Source of the DNA: Pseudomonas aeruginosa
GTDB lineage: Bacteria > Pseudomonadota > Gammaproteobacteria > Pseudomonadales > Pseudomonadaceae
DNA: 32,000 nucleotides
Direction of reading: 5' to 3'
Assembly (NCBI RefSeq): GCF_001457615.1
Contig: NZ_LN831024.1
Location: 1,410,001 to 1,442,000, forward strand
Of this stretch, positions 16,721-28,347 are shown piece by piece. A model generated the notes under the pieces. It saw nothing but the letters and a program-made list of their open reading frames with translations. It searched no databases and had not been told where the DNA came from. The translations under genes were made by a program, and so were the position numbers. Positions within the stretch are counted from its first letter, which is position 1. The number at the start of each line of letters is the position of its first letter.

Positions 16721-17629
16721 TCAGCGCAGGTTTTTCTCCCCGGCGAGTCCCGGATGGGATTGCGCCAGGCCTTCCTTGAGATAGTCCACCAGTTGCCTGA
16801 CTTTCGGCGACAGGTGCCGCTGCTGCGGGTACAGCGCCCATACCGCGGTATTCGGCGGCTGGTGGCCTTCCAGCAGGGAGACCAGGCGGCCGCTGCGCAG
16901 ATACTCGATCACATAGTAGTCGGGCAGCTGGCACAGGCCGAAGCCGCGCAGGGCGGCGTCGAGCACCGCCTGGCCGCTGTTGCAGCGCCAGTTGCCCTGG
17001 ACCCGGTGCTGGGTTTCCCGGCCGTCCTCGAGGAAGCTCCACAGGTCGCTGCTGCCGATCAGGCAGTTGAACTGGCCGAGTTCCGCCGGCGACTGCGGAG
17101 TGCCGTGGCGGCGCAGGTATTCCGGCGTGGCGCAGAGGTACATGACGCGTGGCGCCAACCGTGTGGCGACCAATCGCGAATCGCTCAGGCGGCCGAGGCG
17201 GATGGCCAGGTCGAAGCCCTCGTGGAGCAGGTCCAACTGGCGGTTGGACAGCTCGATGTCGACCCGCAGTTGCGGATAGTCGGCCATGAAGGCATTCACC
17301 AGCGGCACGATGAAACGTTCGCCGTAGGCAACCGCGCAGGTCATGCGCAGCAGGCCCTTGGGCTCCGCGGAGAGGTCGCTGACCGCGCGCAGGGCTTCGT
17401 CGCGGGCGTCCTGCAGGCGCTGGCAATGTTGCAGGAAGGTCTGTCCGGCTTCGCTCAGCGACACTCGCCGGGTGCTGCGGTAGAGCAGGCGGGTCTGCAG
17501 GCGCTCCTCCAGGCGGGCGACCTGGCGGCTGATGTGCGACGAGGAAACGCCCATGCGTTCGGCTGCCGCGGTGAACTGCCCGGTTTCGGCGACAGCGACG
17601 AATTCGTCGAGTCCTTCCCAGCGATTCAT
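16721..17629 (-). CDS. gfnR: LysR-family transcriptional regulator (302 aa), GfnR-like formaldehyde-responsive regulator
   Basis: N-terminal HTH (FVAVAETGQFTAAAERMGVSSSHISRQVARLEERLQTRLLYRSTRRVSLSEAG). Divergent from adhC-fghA, matching the P. aeruginosa glutathione-dependent formaldehyde detoxification locus. Confidence 0.85.
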   Translation of the reverse strand: MNRWEGLDEFVAVAETGQFTAAAERMGVSSSHISRQVARLEERLQTRLLYRSTRRVSLSEAGQTFLQHCQRLQDARDEALRAVSDLSAEPKGLLRMTCAVAYGERFIVPLVNAFMADYPQLRVDIELSNRQLDLLHEGFDLAIRLGRLSDSRLVATRLAPRVMYLCATPEYLRRHGTPQSPAELGQFNCLIGSSDLWSFLEDGRETQHRVQGNWRCNSGQAVLDAALRGFGLCQLPDYYVIEYLRSGRLVSLLEGHQPPNTAVWALYPQQRHLSPKVRQLVDYLKEGLAQSHPGLAGEKNLR

Positions 17630-17646
17630 CTGGATTGTCCCTGTAT

Positions 17647-17670
17647 GGCAATAATGTTTTGATTATTGCC
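17647..17670. promoter_or_regulatory. Candidate operator in the gfnR/adhC divergent region
   Basis: Perfect inverted repeat GGCAATAAT-GTTTTG-ATTATTGCC, 17 bp upstream of the LysR start, in the short divergent intergenic region. Confidence 0.55.
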
Positions 17671-17673
17671 TGA

Positions 17674-18873
<1,200 letters not shown>

Positions 18874-18926
18874 CAAGCCGTCGCGGCGGGCCCTGCGGCT
18901 CGCCACGACCGTTTCACGGAGGTCAC

Positions 18927-19778
18927 GTGAAGGATTCCCTCGAACTGATCGGCAGCCAGAAGACCTTCGGCGGCTGGCACCAGCGTTACCGTCATTTTTC
19001 CCGGACCCTGAACTGCGAGATGGTCTTCGCCATCTACCTGCCGCCCCAGGCCGAGCCGGAGGCGGCGCTGCCGGCCCTGTACTGGCTGTCCGGGCTGACC
19101 TGTACCGACGAGAACTTCATGCAGAAGGCCGGCGCCCAGCGGGTCGCCGCCGAACTGGGATTGGTACTGGTGGCGCCGGATACCAGCCCGCGCGGCAGCG
19201 GTGTCCCCGGCGATCCCGACGGCGCCTGGGACTTCGGCCTGGGCGCAGGCTTCTACCTGAACGCCACGCAGGAGCCCTGGGCCGCGCACTACCGCATGCA
19301 CGACTACGTGGTGCACGAGTTGCCGGCGCTGATCGAGGCGCATTTCCCGGTGTCCCGGCGGCGCGGCATCAGCGGGCACTCGATGGGTGGGCATGGCGCG
19401 CTGGTTTGCGCGCTGCGCAACCCGGGGCGCTACCTGTCGCTGTCGGCCTTCGCGCCGATCTGCCATCCGAGCGATTGTCCCTGGGGCCAGAAGGCGTTCT
19501 CCCGCTACCTGGGCGAGGACCCGGCGGCCTGGCGCGAGTGGGATGCCTGTGCGTTGCTCGAGGGTGCGTCCGAACGCTTGCCGATCCTGGTCGACCAGGG
19601 CGAGCGCGACGACTTCCTCGCCGTCCAGCTCAAGCCGGAAGCGCTACGCAATGCGGCGGACAAGGCCGGCCACCCGCTGGAGCTGCGTCTGCAACCAGGC
19701 TACGACCACAGCTACTACTTCATCGCCAGTTTCATCGAGGATCACCTGCGCCATCATGCCGGGGTTCTCAACGGTTGA
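18927..19778 (+). CDS. fghA: S-formylglutathione hydrolase (283 aa), GTG start
   Basis: [49 protein letters not shown] and the [10 protein letters not shown] nucleophile motif. GTG start after GGAGG; the longer track ORF start (17934) lies inside adhC. Confidence 0.95.
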   Translation: MKDSLELIGSQKTFGGWHQRYRHFSRTLNCEMVFAIYLPPQAEPEAALPALYWLSGLTCTDENFMQKAGAQRVAAELGLVLVAPDTSPRGSGVPGDPDGAWDFGLGAGFYLNATQEPWAAHYRMHDYVVHELPALIEAHFPVSRRRGISGHSMGGHGALVCALRNPGRYLSLSAFAPICHPSDCPWGQKAFSRYLGEDPAAWREWDACALLEGASERLPILVDQGERDDFLAVQLKPEALRNAADKAGHPLELRLQPGYDHSYYFIASFIEDHLRHHAGVLNG

Positions 19779-19848
19779 TCCGCGATACCTGAAGCCTGTC
19801 CCGATCCGGGGTAGAATCACGCCCTGATTCCAACCAGGGCGTTTTTTC

Positions 19849-20322
19849 ATGCGAATTGGCCATGGCTACGACGTGCATCGCTTCGGCGAGGGCGACTTCA
19901 TCACCCTCGGCGGCGTGCGCATTCCCCACAAACATGGGCTGGTCGCCCACTCCGACGGCGACGTGCTGCTGCACGCCTTGTCCGATGCGCTACTCGGCGC
20001 GGCGGCGCTGGGCGACATCGGCAAGCACTTCCCGGACACCGACCCGCGGTTCAAGGGCGCCGACAGTCGCGCGCTGCTGCGACACGTGGTCGCCATCGTC
20101 GCCGAGAAGGGCTGGAAGGTCGGCAACGTCGACGCCACCATCGTCGCCCAGGCGCCGAAGATGGCGCCGCACATCGAGACCATGCGCGGGTTGATCGCCG
20201 AGGACCTCGGCGTCGCGGTCGACCAGGTCAACGTCAAGGCCACCACTACCGAGCGGCTAGGTTTCACCGGACGCGAAGAGGGCATTGCTGTACATGCGGT
20301 CGCTTTGCTGATGGCCCGATGA
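19849..20322 (+). CDS. ispF: 2-C-methyl-D-erythritol 2,4-cyclodiphosphate synthase (157 aa)
   Basis: [65 protein letters not shown]. Confidence 0.98.
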   Translation: MRIGHGYDVHRFGEGDFITLGGVRIPHKHGLVAHSDGDVLLHALSDALLGAAALGDIGKHFPDTDPRFKGADSRALLRHVVAIVAEKGWKVGNVDATIVAQAPKMAPHIETMRGLIAEDLGVAVDQVNVKATTTERLGFTGREEGIAVHAVALLMAR

Positions 20323-21386
20323 GCGTTCTCGGCGAACTCGACCTGCTCGGGCCGCGCGCCCATGGGGCAGCCTGCGGCGAGGCGGTGCTCAAGGCCGTGG
20401 CCGAGGACTTCCAGGTCGACGAGGTGCTGGACATTCCCCTCAGCGGTGAAGGCGAGCACCTCTGGTTGTGGGTGGAAAAGCGCGGATTGAACACCGAGGA
20501 GGCGGCCCGTCGCCTCGGCCGCGCCGCCGGCGTGCAGCAGAAGAACGTCAGCTACGCCGGGTTGAAGGACCGCCAGGCCCTGACCCGGCAATGGTTCAGC
20601 CTGCACCTGCCGGGCAAGGCCGATCCCGACCTGGGCGCAGCCGAGGGCGCGGACCTGCGGATTCTTCGCCGCACCCGTCATTCGCGCAAGTTGCAGCGAG
20701 GCGCGCATGCCGCCAACGGCTTCACCCTGCGTCTGACCGGGCTGCGGGCGGAGCGTGCCGTTCTCGACGCGCGCTTGGAACGTATCGCCGCGGACGGCGT
20801 GCCCAACTATTTCGGCCTGCAACGCTTCGGCCACGGCGGCGGCAACCTGGTCGACGCGCGCAGTTGCGCGGAACAGGACCTGCTGCCGGCAAACCGCAAC
20901 CTGCGTTCGCGCTTCCTTTCCGCCGGGCGCAGCTACCTGTTCAATCGCCTGCTCGCCGAGCGGGTCGCGGAGGGTAGCTGGAACCGGGCAGCGGTCGGCG
21001 ACCTGCTGGCCTTCACCGACAGCCGCAGCTTTTTCCTCGCTGGCGAGGAAGAATGCCGCGATGCCCGTCTGGCCGCCCTCGACCTGCACCCCACCGGACC
21101 GCTCTGGGGCGAGGGCGATCCGCCGAGCGGCGCCGGCGTCCTCGAACGCGAGCTGGCCCTGGCCGGGAGCGAGCCGGCGCTCTGCCGCTGGCTGGCGAAG
21201 GCGGGCATGGCGCACGAACGGCGCATCCTGCGGCTCCCCATCCAGGGGCTGGCGTGGCATTATCCCGAACCTGATGTTCTGCAACTGGAATTCGTCCTGC
21301 CGGCCGGTTGTTTCGCCACCGTAGTGGTGCGTGAAATCCTCGACCTGGTACCGACAGGGCAGACGGAAAACCCATGCGCATACTGA
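20319..21386 (+). CDS. truD: tRNA pseudouridine(13) synthase TruD (355 aa)
   Basis: [39 protein letters not shown] and [12 protein letters not shown] motifs. ATGA overlap with ispF. Confidence 0.96.
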
Positions 21387-22123
21387 TTGCCAACGACGAC
21401 GGGGTGACCGCACCCGGTATCGCCGCGCTTTACGACGCGCTGGCGGATCATGCCGATTGCGTAGTGATCGCCCCCGACCAGGACAAGAGCGGCGCCAGCA
21501 GTTCCCTGACGCTGGACCGCCCGCTGCACCCGCAGCGCCTGGACAACGGATTCATCAGCCTCAACGGCACGCCGACCGACTGCGTGCACCTGGGCCTGAA
21601 CGGCTTGCTGGAGGAATTGCCGGACATGGTGGTCTCGGGTATCAACCTGGGCGCCAACCTCGGCGATGACGTCCTCTATTCCGGTACCGTGGCGGCGGCC
21701 ATCGAAGGGCGCTTCCTGAAGGGGCCGGCCTTCGCCTTCTCGCTGGTCTCGCGGTTGACGGACAACCTGCCCACCGCCATGCACTTCGCCCGCCTGCTGG
21801 TCTCCGCCCACGAGCGCCTGGCCGTGCCGCCGCGTACCGTGCTCAACGTCAATATCCCGAACCTGCCGTTGGATCGCGTACGTGGTATCCAACTGACCCG
21901 CCTCGGGCACCGCGCCCGTGCCGCCGCACCGGTGAAGGTGGTCAATCCGCGCGGCAAGGAAGGCTACTGGATCGCCGCGGCCGGCGATGCCGAGGATGGC
22001 GGGCCGGGGACGGATTTCCACGCGGTCATGCAAGGCTACGTGTCGATCACTCCGTTGCAGCTGGACCGTACCTTCCACGAAGCCTTCGGCGGCCTCGACG
22101 AGTGGCTGGGAGGACTGACGTGA
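21374..22123 (+). CDS. surE: 5'/3'-nucleotidase SurE (249 aa)
   Basis: [62 protein letters not shown]. Overlaps the truD 3' end by 13 bp. Confidence 0.97.
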
Positions 22124-22155
22124 TGTCCGAAGACCTGCATCGCCGGGGTATCGGC

Positions 22156-22790
22156 ATGACCTCCCAGCGTACCCGAGAGCGCCTGATCCAGCGCCTGTAC
22201 GAAGAAGGCCTGTCCAACGCCCACGTGCTCGAGGTGATCCGCCGCACGCCGCGTCATCTGTTCGTCGACGAGGCGCTCTCGCATCGCGCCTACGAAGACA
22301 CCGCCCTGCCGATCGGCCACAACCAGACCATTTCCCAGCCGTTCATGGTGGCGCGGATGACCGAGTTGCTGCTGGCGGCCGGCCCGCTGGACAAGGTCAT
22401 GGAGATCGGTACCGGGTCCGGCTACCAGACCGCGGTGCTGGCGCAACTGGTCGAGCGGGTCTTCTCCGTCGAGCGGATCCAGGCGTTGCAGGACAAGGCC
22501 AAGGAGCGTCTTGCGGAGCTAAACCTGCGTAATGTTGTCTTTCGTTGGGGCGATGGTTGGGAAGGCTGGTCGGCGTTGGCTCCCTACAATGGAATCATCG
22601 TCACCGCGGCGGCCACGGAAGTCCCGCAGTCGTTGCTGGACCAGTTGGCCCCGGGGGCCGTCTGGTGATCCCGGTCGGTGGCGGCGAGGTCCAGCAACTG
22701 ATGCTGATCGTCCGCACCGAGGACGGGTTCAGCCGCCAGGTACTCGACTCGGTACGTTTCGTCCCGCTGCTCAACGGCCCGATCGCCTGA
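22156..22790 (+). pseudogene. pcm: Protein-L-isoaspartate O-methyltransferase, apparently frameshifted near the C-terminus by a one-base loss in a G run at 22653-22657 (probable sequencing error)
   Basis: [41 protein letters not shown] and [16 protein letters not shown] continue to [11 protein letters not shown]. The expected [26 protein letters not shown]...LLNGPIA continues in another frame to 22790. Restoring one G gives 211 aa. Confidence 0.92.
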
Positions 22791-22835
22791 GCCGGCGGCC
22801 GGCGTCGCCGGCCCGATTGAACGAAAGCGAAGAAG

Positions 22836-23729
22836 ATGGATAAGGGGGAAGGATTGAGGCTAGCAGCGACCCTGCGGCAATGGACTCGGCTCTATGGTGG
22901 CTGCCACCTGTTGCTTGGGGCCGTCGTCTGTTCCCTTCTCGCCGCCTGTTCGTCGTCGCCTCCCGGCGGGGTCAAGGTCGTCGATCGCAACGGTTCCGCG
23001 CCTGCCGCTGCGCGGCGTACGCCGGTCACCAGCGGGCAGTACATCGTACGCCGCGGCGACACCCTGTATTCCATTGCCTTCCGCTTCGGCTGGGACTGGA
23101 AAGCCCTGGCCGCGCGCAATGGCATCGCGCCGCCCTATACCATCCAGGTCGGTCAAGCTATCCAATTTGGTGGGCGGGCATCGGCGCAACCGTCCGTCGC
23201 GAAAAACACGCCGGTCGTCGCTGCGCCCGTGGCGACCAAGCCTACCCCGGTTCCACCCGCAGTTAGTACGTCGGTACCTGCCAAGCCCGCACCGGCTCCG
23301 GCCTCGACCACGACCCCACCCAGCAGCGGCGCGACTCCCGTCGTCGCGGGGCCTGCGGTGGGGGGGTGGGCATGGCCCGCGAGCGGTACTCTGATCGGCC
23401 GTTTTGCCTCAAACGGAAGTTTGAATAAAGGGATTGATATAGCCGGTCAATTGGGCCAGCCTGTCCTGGCTGCGTCTGGTGGGACCGTTGTATACGCCGG
23501 TAGTGGTTTGCGGGGCTACGGCGAGTTGGTCATCATCAAACACAACGAGACCTACGTGAGTGCCTACGGTCACAACCGCAGGCTGCTGGTGCGGGAAGGG
23601 CAACAGGTCAAGGTAGGGCAATCGATTGCCGAGATGGGCTCCACAGGAACCGATCGGGTGAAGCTGCACTTCGAGATTCGCCGCCAGGGTAAGCCTGTCG
23701 ATCCACTGCAATATTTGCCACGTCGCTGA
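22836..23729 (+). CDS. nlpD: NlpD-like lipoprotein with LysM and degenerate M23/LytM domains (297 aa)
   Basis: Lipobox-like LLAAC. LysM YIVRRGDTLYSIAFRFGWDWKALAARNGI. C-terminal M23-like domain GIDIAGQLGQPVLAASGGTVVYAG. Immediately upstream of rpoS. Confidence 0.92.
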   Translation: MDKGEGLRLAATLRQWTRLYGGCHLLLGAVVCSLLAACSSSPPGGVKVVDRNGSAPAAARRTPVTSGQYIVRRGDTLYSIAFRFGWDWKALAARNGIAPPYTIQVGQAIQFGGRASAQPSVAKNTPVVAAPVATKPTPVPPAVSTSVPAKPAPAPASTTTPPSSGATPVVAGPAVGGWAWPASGTLIGRFASNGSLNKGIDIAGQLGQPVLAASGGTVVYAGSGLRGYGELVIIKHNETYVSAYGHNRRLLVREGQQVKVGQSIAEMGSTGTDRVKLHFEIRRQGKPVDPLQYLPRR

Positions 23730-23833
23730 CCGGGAGTTCGCCCGCCCACATCATGTAGGTGAGCGGGTCCGGGCGTGTCCAGCGGGAAAGGAATCGCCCG
23801 GGCTTGAGTCGAACTCATGCAAGGGATAACGAC

Positions 23834-24838
23834 ATGGCACTCAAAAAAGAAGGGCCGGAGTTTGACCACGATGATGAAGTGCTCCTCCTGGAGCCCGGCA
23901 TCATGCTGGACGAGTCGTCTGCCGACGAGCAGCCTTCTCCCCGGGCAACTCCAAAAGCCACCACTTCCTTCTCTTCCAAACAACACAAGCACATCGACTA
24001 CACGCGCGCGTTGGACGCAACGCAGCTGTATCTCAACGAAATCGGTTTCTCGCCCCTGTTGACGCCCGAAGAGGAAGTCCACTTCGCTCGTCTGGCGCAG
24101 AAGGGCGATCCCGCTGGTCGGAAGCGGATGATCGAGAGCAACCTGCGGTTGGTGGTGAAGATCGCCCGGCGCTATGTCAATCGCGGACTGTCCCTGCTCG
24201 ACCTGATCGAGGAAGGCAACCTAGGCCTGATCCGCGCCGTGGAGAAGTTCGATCCGGAGCGCGGATTCCGGTTCTCGACCTACGCCACCTGGTGGATCCG
24301 CCAGACCATCGAACGGGCCATCATGAACCAGACCCGGACCATTCGCTTGCCGATCCATGTGGTCAAGGAGCTCAACGTCTACCTGCGTGCGGCGCGGGAA
24401 CTGACCCACAAGCTCGACCACGAACCTTCCCCCGAAGAAATCGCCAACCTGCTGGAGAAGCCGGTCGCCGAGGTCAAGCGCATGCTCGGCCTGAACGAAC
24501 GGGTGACTTCGGTAGACGTCTCTCTTGGTCCGGACTCGGACAAGACCCTGCTGGATACGCTCACCGACGATCGCCCCACCGATCCGTGCGAGCTGCTGCA
24601 GGATGACGATCTCAGCGAAAGCATCGACCAGTGGCTGACGGAACTCACCGACAAGCAGCGTGAGGTGGTGATTCGCCGCTTCGGCTTGCGCGGTCACGAA
24701 AGCAGCACGCTGGAAGAGGTCGGCCAGGAAATCGGCCTGACCCGCGAGCGGGTTCGTCAGATCCAGGTCGAGGCGCTGAAGCGCCTGCGGGAGATCCTGG
24801 AGAAGAATGGCCTGTCGAGTGACGCGCTGTTCCAGTGA
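23834..24838 (+). CDS. rpoS: Stationary-phase sigma factor RpoS (334 aa)
   Basis: [86 protein letters not shown]. The ATG at 23834 is preferred over the track start at 23759. Confidence 0.98.
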   Translation: MALKKEGPEFDHDDEVLLLEPGIMLDESSADEQPSPRATPKATTSFSSKQHKHIDYTRALDATQLYLNEIGFSPLLTPEEEVHFARLAQKGDPAGRKRMIESNLRLVVKIARRYVNRGLSLLDLIEEGNLGLIRAVEKFDPERGFRFSTYATWWIRQTIERAIMNQTRTIRLPIHVVKELNVYLRAARELTHKLDHEPSPEEIANLLEKPVAEVKRMLGLNERVTSVDVSLGPDSDKTLLDTLTDDRPTDPCELLQDDDLSESIDQWLTELTDKQREVVIRRFGLRGHESSTLEEVGQEIGLTRERVRQIQVEALKRLREILEKNGLSSDALFQ

Positions 24839-24862
24839 CGGAAAACCTTAGACCCACTGAAG

Positions 24863-24885
24863 ACCCGGCGTTCGCCGGGTTTTTT
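24863..24885 (+). terminator. Rho-independent terminator after rpoS
   Basis: ACCCGGCG-TT-CGCCGGGT followed by TTTTT. Confidence 0.85.
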
Positions 24886-24896
24886 GTGTCTGCTCT

Positions 24897-24914
24897 TGTA
24901 AGCATTAACTTACA
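24897..24914. promoter_or_regulatory. GacA upstream activating sequence for rsmZ
   Basis: Perfect palindrome TGTAAG-CATTAA-CTTACA, located about 175 bp upstream of the rsmZ 5' end, as known for GacA-controlled Rsm sRNAs. Confidence 0.9.
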
Positions 24915-25052
24915 CGGCGTGTGAGCCTAAGTAGATAAATGCCCGGGAGGTTTGCCAAAAACGCTCGGTGAATTTAAGTAACTTATTGAAATTAAAGGAA
25001 TATATTTTTCTAAAATGGCTGCCGAAGAAGCTTCGCTGGGTTTTCTGGCAGG

Positions 25053-25080
25053 TTGCGGGTGCACAGGGAATCGCTAATAT
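25053..25080 (+). promoter_or_regulatory. Predicted rsmZ core promoter
   Basis: -35-like TTGCGG (25053-25058), 16-bp spacer, -10 TAATAT (25075-25080), with the likely +1 at about 25089. Confidence 0.65.
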
Positions 25081-25088
25081 CACTCCTG

Positions 25089-25207
25089 CGTACAGGGAAC
25101 ACGCAACCCCGAAGGATCGGGGAAGGGACGTCGCCAGGGAGGCGATTCATCAGGATGATGACGAGGGACTGAAGAGTGGGCGGGGTAATACCCCGCCCCT
25201 TTTTTTT
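25089..25207 (+). ncRNA. rsmZ: Regulatory sRNA RsmZ (sequesters RsmA)
   Basis: CGTACAGGGAACACGCAACCCCGAAGGATCGGGGAAGGGACGTCGCCAGGAGG... carries multiple GGA motifs in predicted loops and ends in a GGGCGGGG-TAATA-CCCCGCCC T-tract terminator. Located between rpoS and fdxA. Confidence 0.93.
25178..25207 (+). terminator. rsmZ Rho-independent terminator
   Basis: GGGCGGGG-TAATA-CCCCGCCC-C-TTTTTTTT. Confidence 0.92.
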
Positions 25208-25230
25208 GCCTGCCGTTTTACTCGTCGCCA

Positions 25231-25258
25231 AAGAAAAGGCCCGCTGATTGCGGGCCTT
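25231..25258 (-). terminator. Rho-independent terminator after fdxA (minus strand)
   Basis: AAGGCCCGC-TGATT-GCGGGCCTT. Read on the minus strand it is followed by a T-rich tract (complement of AAGAAA). Confidence 0.75.
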
Positions 25259-25264
25259 GGCGTA

Positions 25265-25588
25265 TCAGCGCTCCAGATGCTGGAGCTTGCCGGCGACGCC
25301 GTCCCATTCCTCGGCGTCGGGCAGGGCATCCTTCTTCTCGGTGATATTCGGCCAGACTTCCGCCAGCTCGCTGTTCAGCTCGATGAATTCCTGCATGTTC
25401 TCCGGCACTTCGTCTTCGGAGAAAATCGCCTGGGCCGGACATTCGGGCTCGCACAGGGCGCAGTCGATGCACTCGTCCGGATGGATGACCAGGAAGTTGG
25501 GTCCTTCGTAGAAGCAGTCTACCGGGCAGACTTCCACGCAGTCGGTGTATTTGCACTTGATGCAGTTGTCGGTGACGACGAAGGTCAT
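25265..25588 (-). CDS. fdxA: Ferredoxin FdxA, 7Fe/8Fe type (107 aa)
   Basis: [56 protein letters not shown] has two cysteine clusters. Confidence 0.96.
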   Translation of the reverse strand: MTFVVTDNCIKCKYTDCVEVCPVDCFYEGPNFLVIHPDECIDCALCEPECPAQAIFSEDEVPENMQEFIELNSELAEVWPNITEKKDALPDAEEWDGVAGKLQHLER

Positions 25589-25654
25589 TTTCTAGTTCTC
25601 TCCTCAGGCGGGCGGCTAAGCGCGCGCGATTCTAGCAGCTTGTGCGGTAGTCCG

Positions 25655-28222
25655 TCAGACCCGCATCTTCCATGCATATAACAGATCGAGAGCTTGCCGC
25701 GGGCTGATATCGTCGGGATTGATCCTCGACAATTCATCGATCACCGGGTGCGGCAGGCTGGCGAACAGGTCGCTCTGCATCGGCGAGGCGGGCTTGCCGC
25801 TCTGCTGGCTCGGCATCTCGTGCGGCAGGCTGGTGGTTTCCAGGCGCTTGAGGTGTTCGCGGGCGCGCTGGATTACCGGGGCCGGCACGCCGGCCAACTG
25901 GGCCACCGCGAGGCCGTAGCTCTGGCTCGCCGGTCCCGGCAGTACATGGTGCAGGAACACGATGCGTTCATTGTGCTCGGTCGCGTTCAGGTGCACGTTG
26001 GCTACCGCGGGCTGGCTTTCCGGCAGTACGGTCAGCTCGAAGTAGTGGGTGGCGAACAGGGTGAAGGCGCGAGTCCGGGCCAGGTCCTCGGCCGCTGCCC
26101 AGGCCAGCGACAGGCCGTCGAAGGTGCTGGTGCCGCGGCCGACCTCATCCATCAGCACCAGGCTCTTGTCAGTGGCGTTGTGCAGGATGTTGGCGGTTTC
26201 GCTCATCTCCACCATGAAGGTCGAGCGGCCGCCGGCAAGGTCGTCGGACGAGCCGATGCGGGTGAAGATGCGGTCCACCAGGGACAGCTCGCAGCGCGCA
26301 GCCGGAACGAAGCTGCCGATGTGCGCAAGCAGCACGATCAGCGCGGTTTGCCGCATGTAGGTGGATTTACCGCCCATGTTCGGACCGGTGATCACCAGCA
26401 TCCGGGTGTCGGCATCCAGCGCCAGGTCGTTGGCCACGAACGGTGTCTCCAGCACCTGCTCGACCACCGGATGGCGGCCCTGCTCGATGTGCAGGCAGGT
26501 GTGTTCGACGAACCGCGGGCGATTCAGGTCGAGGTTCAGCGCGCGTTCGGCGAGATTCGCCAGCACGTCCAGCTCCGCCAGCGCCGAGGCGCTGTCCTGG
26601 AGCGGAGCGAGATGGCCGATCAGGCGTTCCAGCAGCTCTTCGTAGAGCGCCTTCTCGCGGGCCAGGGCGCGGCTCTGGGCCGACAGCGCCTTGTCCTCGA
26701 AGGCCTTCAGTTCCGGCGTGATGAAGCGCTCGGCGCCTTTCAGGGTCTGCCGGCGGATGTAGTCGGCCGGCGCCTGTTCGGCCTGCACCCGTGGCAGCTC
26801 GATGAAGTAGCCATGGATGCGGTTGTAGCCGACCTTCAGGTTGGGCAGGCCGGTGCGGGCCTTCTCGCGCGCTTCCAGGTCCATCAGGAATTGCCCGGCG
26901 TTTTCGCTCAGCGCCTGCAGCTCGTCCAGCTCGGCGTCATAGCCGGTCTTGATCACGCCACCGTCGCGGATCACCGCCGGCGGGTTGTCGATGATCGCCT
27001 TGGCCAGCAGTTCGGCGAGTTCGGGATAGGTGCCGATGGTGGTGGCCAGCGCCTGCAGGTGCGGCGCTTCCAGTTCGGTCATGGCGTTCTGCAGGTCCGG
27101 CAGCGCCGCCAGCGCGTCGCGCAGGCGCGCCAGGTCGCGAGGGCGGGCGTTGCGCAGGCCGATGCGGGCGAGGATGCGTTCGAGGTCGCCGATTTCCTTG
27201 AGCTGCGGTTGCAGGTTCTCGAAGCGGTAGCGTTCCAGCAGGCAGGCGATGGACTCCTGGCGGGCTTCCAGTACCGCGCGGTCACGCAGCGGACGGTTCA
27301 GCCAGCGGCTCATCAGGCGGCTGGCCATGGCGGTCTGGCAGCGGTCGACCACCGATTGCAGGGTGTTCTCGCGGCCACCGCTGAGGTTGATATCCAGCTC
27401 CAGGTTGCGGCGGCTGGCGCCGTCGAGGATCACCGTGTCATCGAGGCGGTCGTGGCGCAGGCTGCGCAGGTGCGGCAGGGCGGTACGCTGGGTTTCCTTG
27501 GCGTAGGCGAGCAGGCAGCCGGCGGCGCCGATGGCCAGGGTCAGGTTCTGGCAGCCGAAGCCTTTCAGGTCCTGGGTGCCGAATTGCTGGCAGAGGCTCT
27601 TGTGCGCCGAGTCGCGATCGAAGTCCCACGGCGCGCGGCGACGTACGCCGCGGCGCTTCTCCGCCGGCAGGCCCTGTGGCCAGTCGTCGGGAATCAGCAG
27701 CTCGGCCGGGTTGAGGCGCTCCAGTTCGGCCAGCAGGGTTTCCCAGCCTTTTATCTCCTGGACGCTGAAGCGGCCGCTGGTGATGTCCAGCACGGCGAGG
27801 CCGAACAGGCGCTCGTCGCCGAGGATCGCCGCCAGCAGGTTGTCGCGGCGTTCGTCGAGCAGCGCCTCGTCGCTCACCGTGCCGGGGGTGATGATCCGCA
27901 CCACCTGGCGCTCCACCGGCCCCTTGCTGGTGGCCGGGTCGCCGATCTGCTCGCAGATCGCCACCGACTCGCCGAGCTTGACCAGCTTGGCCAGGTAGCC
28001 CTCCGCCGAATGGAAGGGAATGCCTGCCATCGGGATCGCCTTGCCGCCGGACTGGCCGCGCGCGGTCAGGGTGATGTCGAGCAGCTTGGCGGCCTTCTTC
28101 GCGTCCTCGTAGAACAGCTCGTAGAAGTCGCCCATGCGATAGAACATCAATTGGTCGGGGTGCTGATGCTTCAGTTTGAAGTACTGCTGCATCATCGGCG
28201 TGTGCTGAGAGAGGTCGGTCAT
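25655..28222 (-). CDS. mutS: DNA mismatch repair protein MutS (855 aa)
   Basis: [53 protein letters not shown], Walker [17 protein letters not shown], and [18 protein letters not shown]. Start placed at MTDLS rather than the 20-codon N-terminal extension in the track. Confidence 0.97.
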   Translation of the reverse strand: MTDLSQHTPMMQQYFKLKHQHPDQLMFYRMGDFYELFYEDAKKAAKLLDITLTARGQSGGKAIPMAGIPFHSAEGYLAKLVKLGESVAICEQIGDPATSKGPVERQVVRIITPGTVSDEALLDERRDNLLAAILGDERLFGLAVLDITSGRFSVQEIKGWETLLAELERLNPAELLIPDDWPQGLPAEKRRGVRRRAPWDFDRDSAHKSLCQQFGTQDLKGFGCQNLTLAIGAAGCLLAYAKETQRTALPHLRSLRHDRLDDTVILDGASRRNLELDINLSGGRENTLQSVVDRCQTAMASRLMSRWLNRPLRDRAVLEARQESIACLLERYRFENLQPQLKEIGDLERILARIGLRNARPRDLARLRDALAALPDLQNAMTELEAPHLQALATTIGTYPELAELLAKAIIDNPPAVIRDGGVIKTGYDAELDELQALSENAGQFLMDLEAREKARTGLPNLKVGYNRIHGYFIELPRVQAEQAPADYIRRQTLKGAERFITPELKAFEDKALSAQSRALAREKALYEELLERLIGHLAPLQDSASALAELDVLANLAERALNLDLNRPRFVEHTCLHIEQGRHPVVEQVLETPFVANDLALDADTRMLVITGPNMGGKSTYMRQTALIVLLAHIGSFVPAARCELSLVDRIFTRIGSSDDLAGGRSTFMVEMSETANILHNATDKSLVLMDEVGRGTSTFDGLSLAWAAAEDLARTRAFTLFATHYFELTVLPESQPAVANVHLNATEHNERIVFLHHVLPGPASQSYGLAVAQLAGVPAPVIQRAREHLKRLETTSLPHEMPSQQSGKPASPMQSDLFASLPHPVIDELSRINPDDISPRQALDLLYAWKMRV

Positions 28223-28347
28223 ACGGGCCTTCGGAAGCGGGCTTTGGACGGTGCAAAAGAGGGCAATGTTAACCCGATTCACCGGCCTGTGTCGGGTCCG
28301 TTCGGAACCGGCGCGGACCCTCAGGTCCGCGCCTGTGCGGGCTGCTT

